In this document: positions 59,336-64,000 of the stretch, one piece after another
Numbering within the stretch: the first letter of the stretch is position 1
How the letters are laid out: each line of letters opens with the position of its first letter
Notes under the pieces: generated by a model
Seen by the model: the letters and a program-made list of their open reading frames with translations, nothing else
Told to the model about the DNA's origin: nothing
Databases searched by the model: none
DNA from: Candidatus Undinarchaeota archaeon
Lineage (GTDB): Archaea > Undinarchaeota > Undinarchaeia > Undinarchaeales > UBA543
DNA: 64,000 nt
Reading direction: 5' to 3'
NCBI GenBank assembly: GCA_964636545.1
Contig: CAZWSR010000002.1
Coordinates: forward strand, 1 to 64,000
Program-made: the position numbers and the translations under genes

Positions 59336-59713
59336 TTGTGTTTGATAAAAATGACTAAAAAAAACATTGATGTTTTAAAAAAGGGGGCACAAAATGAAGA
59401 TATTGCTTTTGAATTAATAAATAATTGGGTTTCAAAATCGCGGGGTTTTGGGGAGAAATATGTAGATTTAAAGATTTATGTTTTGGAAAAAATGATGAAA
59501 AAGTGTGTAGAAGATGATTTGGGTCCGACTTTTATGCATTTTTGTTATGATATTACAATAAACCAAACTAAAGAATTTATAGATCTTGTAAAACAATTGG
59601 GTTATTTAGTAGAAAAAGAACAAACTATTTTAATATTTGATGAAATTGGAAAGTGGTTTAATTATTGGAGTAATTTAGAAAGATATCTAAAACGTGGATA
59701 TCAACATAGATAA
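59336..59713 (+). CDS. Hypothetical protein
   Basis: 125-aa AT-rich ORF. Confidence 0.55.
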   Translation: MCLIKMTKKNIDVLKKGAQNEDIAFELINNWVSKSRGFGEKYVDLKIYVLEKMMKKCVEDDLGPTFMHFCYDITINQTKEFIDLVKQLGYLVEKEQTILIFDEIGKWFNYWSNLERYLKRGYQHR

Positions 59714-59750
59714 AAATTATTCAAAAATTAATAATTTTTTAAAATTAGTG

Positions 59751-59777
59751 AATTATTTACCATATAGTAAATAAATA
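59751..59777. repeat. Second copy of the 27-bp palindrome-containing site
   Basis: AATTATTTACCATATAGTAAATAAATA, identical to 57601-57627. An inverted 14-bp partial copy is at 59855-59868. Confidence 0.9.
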
Positions 59778-59866
59778 GGGTGGTGTGACCCCTTAGTTGC
59801 GAGTGGAGATGATGAAGGTGGTATGTGGTTTGATTTTTTTTATTATATTATTATCTATATGGTAAA

Positions 59867-59888
59867 TATATATATATATATATATATA
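59867..59888. repeat. (TA)11 tract at the start of the AT-rich unwinding region
   Basis: Read directly. Confidence 0.9.
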
Positions 59889-60531
59889 AATTTTTTCCTC
59901 AAAATTCTAAAAACACTTCTTATGGAAAAATAATTGAAATTTTTTATCACAACCCAAACTAAAAAACCTAATATTTTTTTGATCAATAAAATAAAAAAAA
60001 ACTAAAATATTTTTATTAATATTTTATTTTTCTCACTATTTCCCTTTCTTTATTTTTTATCACCAAATATTATGGGGTGGGTTCACAAATAGGACAAAGG
60101 GCCCCAATAACCCAACGTATTCAGGGGGGCATTCCTCAAACCCTTTTAGGGATTATTCTAAAACCATCAATAACCACCATCAACCCCGCCATTTCCTATG
60201 GACAGTTACTGGTTTTGTTATTTCACTGAAAAACGAATATTTTTCTGTTCTTTTTCTTTTCCTCTTTTTTACCCACTACCCACTACCTACTACCAACCAC
60301 CTTTATTTCCTCTGGAACCCCTATACTAAAACCGGCACCAGTAGAACCCACACTTCATCTGGAACCAAATACTCCAAAAACACCACTCAAAACCTCCAAA
60401 ACACTTCCAGACGAAGCCAAGGGGACACACCCCTACAACAAAGCTTATATACCCTAATTTCATATGCAACTATTAGTCGCATAGGTGGGGAGAATGGCAC
60501 CCATTCTTATGCACTTCGGTGGGTTTATCCA

Positions 60532-61725
60532 ATGGCACAACAAAATCTTCATGACTTATTTGATGACTTTCTAAATCGGGCTCCGCACTTCACAAGGAAG
60601 GACGCGCTCCAAGACACATATACTCCAAGCCAGGTTCCGCACCGGGCTGAGCAAATCAATCAGCTTGCTCAAATCCTGGTTTCTGCACTCCGTGGTGAAA
60701 AACCAAGCAATGTGTTTCTTTATGGCAAAACAGGTACTGGGAAAACCCTAGTTTCTCGATATGTTGGAGAAGAACTTGAAAAAAAGGCTGCAGCTCAGAA
60801 CATGGCACTCAAAATGTGTTACATCAACTGCAAACTTGACAAAATCAACACCGCATACCGACTATTCGCTCGTTTCTTAGCAGAATTTGGAGAAGAGGTG
60901 CCACCAACTGGCCTTCCAACACACGAAGTTTATACACAATTCTTAAACACAATGAATAAACGCAAAGGAATTTTTATCTTGATTTTGGATGAAATTGATT
61001 CACTGGATGACACAGACATTCTCTACAATCTTTCGCGCATAAATACAGAGCTGAAGAATAGCCGAGTGAGCATAATTGGCATCTCCAATGACCTCTCCTT
61101 CACAAACAACCTTGATCCACGCATAAAATCGTCACTTTCAGAGGAAGAACTCGTATTTCCGCCATACAATGCTAATCAAATCAGCGACATCTTAACCCAG
61201 CGCGCAGAACTTGCACTTCAGAAAAACATACTTGATTCTAGTGTGATTCCAAAATGTGCTGCATTAGCTGCTCAAGAACATGGGGATGCTCGCAGAGCAC
61301 TTGATTTGCTTCGTGTTGCTTGCGAAATTGCAGAGAGAAAAGGGTCCCAAAAAATCGAAAGCGTGCACGTTGATGATGCACAAAAGAAACTTGATATCGA
61401 CCGTGTTGTTGAAGTTGTCAAAACCCAACCTCGCCAGTCTCAGCTTGTACTTCACAGCATAATCTATCTTACTGATTTGAATAAGGAAGACATTGGAACT
61501 GGTGATGTGTATGAGGTTTACCAAACATTTTGCAAACAAACCGGTCTCTCCCCACTTACCCAGCGCCGCGTTTCAGACCTAATCTCAGAATTGGATATGC
61601 TTAGCTTAATAAATTCATCAGTTATTTCAATGGGGCGCTATGGCCGAACCCGCAAAATTAAACTGGAAATAAGTGGGCGGGCACTTGAAAAATCCAAAGG
61701 AATTCTTGATGAGGAGTTGTCATGA
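60532..61725 (+). CDS. cdc6: Orc1/Cdc6 replication initiator
   Basis: GKTGTGKT, LDEID, LDPRIKSSL, HGDARRALDLLR and S.GRYGRT motifs. Confidence 0.97.
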   Translation: MAQQNLHDLFDDFLNRAPHFTRKDALQDTYTPSQVPHRAEQINQLAQILVSALRGEKPSNVFLYGKTGTGKTLVSRYVGEELEKKAAAQNMALKMCYINCKLDKINTAYRLFARFLAEFGEEVPPTGLPTHEVYTQFLNTMNKRKGIFILILDEIDSLDDTDILYNLSRINTELKNSRVSIIGISNDLSFTNNLDPRIKSSLSEEELVFPPYNANQISDILTQRAELALQKNILDSSVIPKCAALAAQEHGDARRALDLLRVACEIAERKGSQKIESVHVDDAQKKLDIDRVVEVVKTQPRQSQLVLHSIIYLTDLNKEDIGTGDVYEVYQTFCKQTGLSPLTQRRVSDLISELDMLSLINSSVISMGRYGRTRKIKLEISGRALEKSKGILDEELS

Positions 61726-63158
61726 GTATTGAGCAGGATGCGCTCAATATTTTTCTCAACAACAAACTTCAAATCTCAAAACCGGCGCTTGACTTGATTT
61801 TAAAACAAGAGAAACCACTAGAAACAGCAGAACAGTTTCTAAAATCAGTATCTCCAGACCTCCTGACAATTCTCCCAAAACACCTAGAAGATCACTTATT
61901 TTCCTCTGAACCAACAATTTCACTCCTCAACAATTTCACAAAAAGCAAACCAATTAAGGGAGTTCAAGACCTATCTGAATTTTTCAACAACCGATACACA
62001 TATTTCAGAAAACTCCTGTCTTCTCGCCTTCCAAATCCCGCATCACTTTCAAGTATTGCCAAACGCAGCAAGGAAAAATCAAGCACAATCGGCTTGGTTT
62101 CTAGCAAGCGAAGAACACTCAAGGGAAATATGATGATTGAAATAGAGGACCCAACCGGCACCCTCAAAGTAATTGCTTCCAAGCCTGAAGTAAGAAAGAA
62201 AGCAGAGGGCCTTGTTATGGATGAAGCAATTGGGGTTATAGGAACAACGAGTGATAACACAAACGGCACTGTCTTATTCCTTGATGACATCCTTCACCCA
62301 GGAGTCCCAATATCCACTGAACCAAAAAAACTCACTCAGGACATCTATGCAATATTCCTTTCTGATACGCACATTGGTAGCAAGAAGTTTATGAAAAAGG
62401 AGTTTAACCGCTTCTTGTCTTGGGCAAACGGAGAAGTTGGCAACGAAACCCAAACTGACTTGGTTAAAAAAATCCGATATTGCTTTGTAGCAGGCGATAT
62501 TGTTGACGGAATTGGAATTTATCCAAAACAGGAAGAAGAACTTGAAATAGCAAACATCGAAGAGCAATACCAGGAAGCCGCGGAGCTATTTGACAAACTT
62601 CCAAAATCTATGAAAATAATTTTATCTCCTGGTAACCACGATTTTCTTCGCGGAGGCCAACCACAACCTCCCCTTGATCCAGAAGTGGCCGCACCACTTT
62701 TCGAACTTCGTAATGTAGAATTTGTCAGCAATCCATCTACTGTAAAAATCGAAGAAAAAGATAATGGTGGCCTTGATGTTCTTATGTACCACGGAGTCAG
62801 TTTTGATACAATGATCCCAGCTGACCCACAACTCAAAAATGGATATACTGAACCACATGTTGTTATGCAATCTCTTCTTCAACGTCGCCACTTATCGCCA
62901 CCATATGACACTGGCCTAGTTGCATCTGGTGAAGATCAAATGATAATCCGCACAGTTCCTGATATTTTCCATAGTGGACATGTTCACTCAAATGGTAATT
63001 GCTCTTATCGTGGTATTAGCATAATCAATAGTGGAACTTGGCAGTCCAGAACTGCATTTCAGAAACTCTGTGGTCACGACCCAACACCAGCAATTTTGCC
63101 AATGGTGAGTTTGAAAACAAGGGGGTTGAATCTAATCAATTTCAATTATCTGAAATGA
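61722..63158 (+). CDS. polB: DNA polymerase D small (proofreading) subunit DP1
   Basis: IEDPTG OB fold, SDTHIGS, GDIVDG.GIYP.Q, PGNHD, YHG and HSGHVH motifs. Confidence 0.95.
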   Translation: MSIEQDALNIFLNNKLQISKPALDLILKQEKPLETAEQFLKSVSPDLLTILPKHLEDHLFSSEPTISLLNNFTKSKPIKGVQDLSEFFNNRYTYFRKLLSSRLPNPASLSSIAKRSKEKSSTIGLVSSKRRTLKGNMMIEIEDPTGTLKVIASKPEVRKKAEGLVMDEAIGVIGTTSDNTNGTVLFLDDILHPGVPISTEPKKLTQDIYAIFLSDTHIGSKKFMKKEFNRFLSWANGEVGNETQTDLVKKIRYCFVAGDIVDGIGIYPKQEEELEIANIEEQYQEAAELFDKLPKSMKIILSPGNHDFLRGGQPQPPLDPEVAAPLFELRNVEFVSNPSTVKIEEKDNGGLDVLMYHGVSFDTMIPADPQLKNGYTEPHVVMQSLLQRRHLSPPYDTGLVASGEDQMIIRTVPDIFHSGHVHSNGNCSYRGISIINSGTWQSRTAFQKLCGHDPTPAILPMVSLKTRGLNLINFNYLK

Positions 63159-64000
63159 ACACAAAGCAATATTTCACACTACTTGAAAAGAAAACGCAAA
63201 CCGAATACGATCTTGCGAGCCAGGCAAGGAAAAATGGGTGTGATCCTGCTGAAGAACCAGAAATCTACATCGCAAAAAATCTAGCAGAAAAAGTTGAAGG
63301 TCTTATTGAGCTTCCCGGCCTTGCAGACATTATAAAATCTGTAACAAAAGACACAGAAAGTGATGTTGCAGCAGCATTTAAAATATCTGAACAGATTGCA
63401 AAAAATGAGCCGGACAAAGAAAAAGCAGCAGACATCGCTATCCGAGCCGGTCTTGCCTTCCTCACCCAAGGCGCAGTTGCGGCGCCACTCGAGGGTATTG
63501 CAAAAATCAAGCTCCATAAAAATTCAGACAATTCTGATTATCTTGCAGTGTATTTCGCAGGTCCAATCCGGGCAGCTGGTGGAACAGCAGAAGCGCTATG
63601 TGTCATCTTAGCTGACTATGTTCGCAAAGTTCTTGGCATTTCTCCTTACAAACCAACCACTCAAGAAGTTTCTCGTTATTATGAAGAAATCCAGTGGTAT
63701 GGTCGCAGAACCCACTTGCAGTATATGCCATCTGAACAGGAAGTAAAAACAATAATCACCAACACGCCAGTGTGTATTGATGGTGAACCAACTGAAAAAT
63801 ATGAGGTTGCAAACTTCCGCGATCTTGGAAGAATTCCAAGTAATCGTGTCCGTGGTGGAATGTGTTTGGTTCTTGCAGAAGGTCTTGCTCAAAAAGCTCC
63901 AAAACTTTGGAAGAGAATGAAGCCAATTCAGGACAGCTTTGGGATGGATTGGTCTTGGCTTGAAGGTTTACTAGTTAAAAAAGCATCTGATGAAACCCCA
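63155..64000 (+). CDS. polC: DNA polymerase D large subunit DP2 (runs off the window edge)
   Basis: Not in the ORF track. ATG at 63155 overlaps the DP1 stop; AAPLEGI, YFAGPIRAAGGTA, DGEPTE and RVRGGMCLVLAEG motifs. Confidence 0.96.
   Translation, partial: MNTKQYFTLLEKKTQTEYDLASQARKNGCDPAEEPEIYIAKNLAEKVEGLIELPGLADIIKSVTKDTESDVAAAFKISEQIAKNEPDKEKAADIAIRAGLAFLTQGAVAAPLEGIAKIKLHKNSDNSDYLAVYFAGPIRAAGGTAEALCVILADYVRKVLGISPYKPTTQEVSRYYEEIQWYGRRTHLQYMPSEQEVKTIITNTPVCIDGEPTEKYEVANFRDLGRIPSNRVRGGMCLVLAEGLAQKAPKLWKRMKPIQDSFGMDWSWLEGLLVKKASDETP

Larger units (their letters stand above)
59714..60531. other. Chromosomal replication origin (oriC)
   Basis: About 820 bp non-coding, upstream of cdc6. ORB-like elements on minus at ~60184-60203 (GTCCATAGGAAATGGCGGGG), ~60296-60318 (GTTCCAGAGGAAATAAAGGTGG) and ~60347-60365 (GTTCCAGATGAAGTGTGGG), and on plus at 60404-60424 (CTTCCAGACGAAGCCAAGGGG). 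AT-rich tract with (TA)11; G/C skew switches here. Confidence 0.88.

Noticed and set aside
117-63892. Many short antisense or overlapping ORFs in the six-frame track (e.g. 41726-42358, 45681-46184, 47460-48005, 49516-50070)
   Set aside because: They are shadows of well-supported genes on the opposite strand or in another frame, with no independent motifs.
40862-64000. Inteins in RadA, Hel308, Cdc6, DP1 or DP2
   Set aside because: Protein lengths and motif spacing are normal in the visible parts.

Overview
Core chromosomal region of an AT-rich archaeon. A DPANN-type lineage is inferred from the compact gene set and orphan content, not proven. Left to right: an N-glycosylation cluster (SDR, HddA-like GHMP kinase, HddC-like nucleotidyltransferase, flippase-like protein, two tandem AglB paralogues); truD-pth2; transketolase and an aminotransferase; the tpi-pgk-gap operon; Zn-finger/aEF-1beta; FEN1, CarS, Trm5, the S-layer gene, RadA/RPA, ScpB, Rqc2, Hel308 and tRNA-Leu(UAG); a second small glycosylation cluster; and a replication origin (ORB repeats, (TA)11) directly upstream of cdc6/orc1-DP1-DP2. 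Main non-obvious signals: (1) a family of 62-63 bp intergenic hairpins built from nine 7-nt units, with three copies, two of them 56/63 identical and carrying a shared ribosome-binding tail; (2) a 27-bp palindrome-containing sequence found both at the start of a winged-helix gene and at the edge of oriC, suggesting an undescribed origin-binding regulator; (3) two tandem stem-loop small-RNA candidates ending in ACCA behind a TATA box; (4) strand skew at the origin that is opposite to the usual bacterial sign; (5) an unannotated GNAT gene broken by one in-frame TAG. No CRISPR array, rRNA, integrase or transposase was seen.
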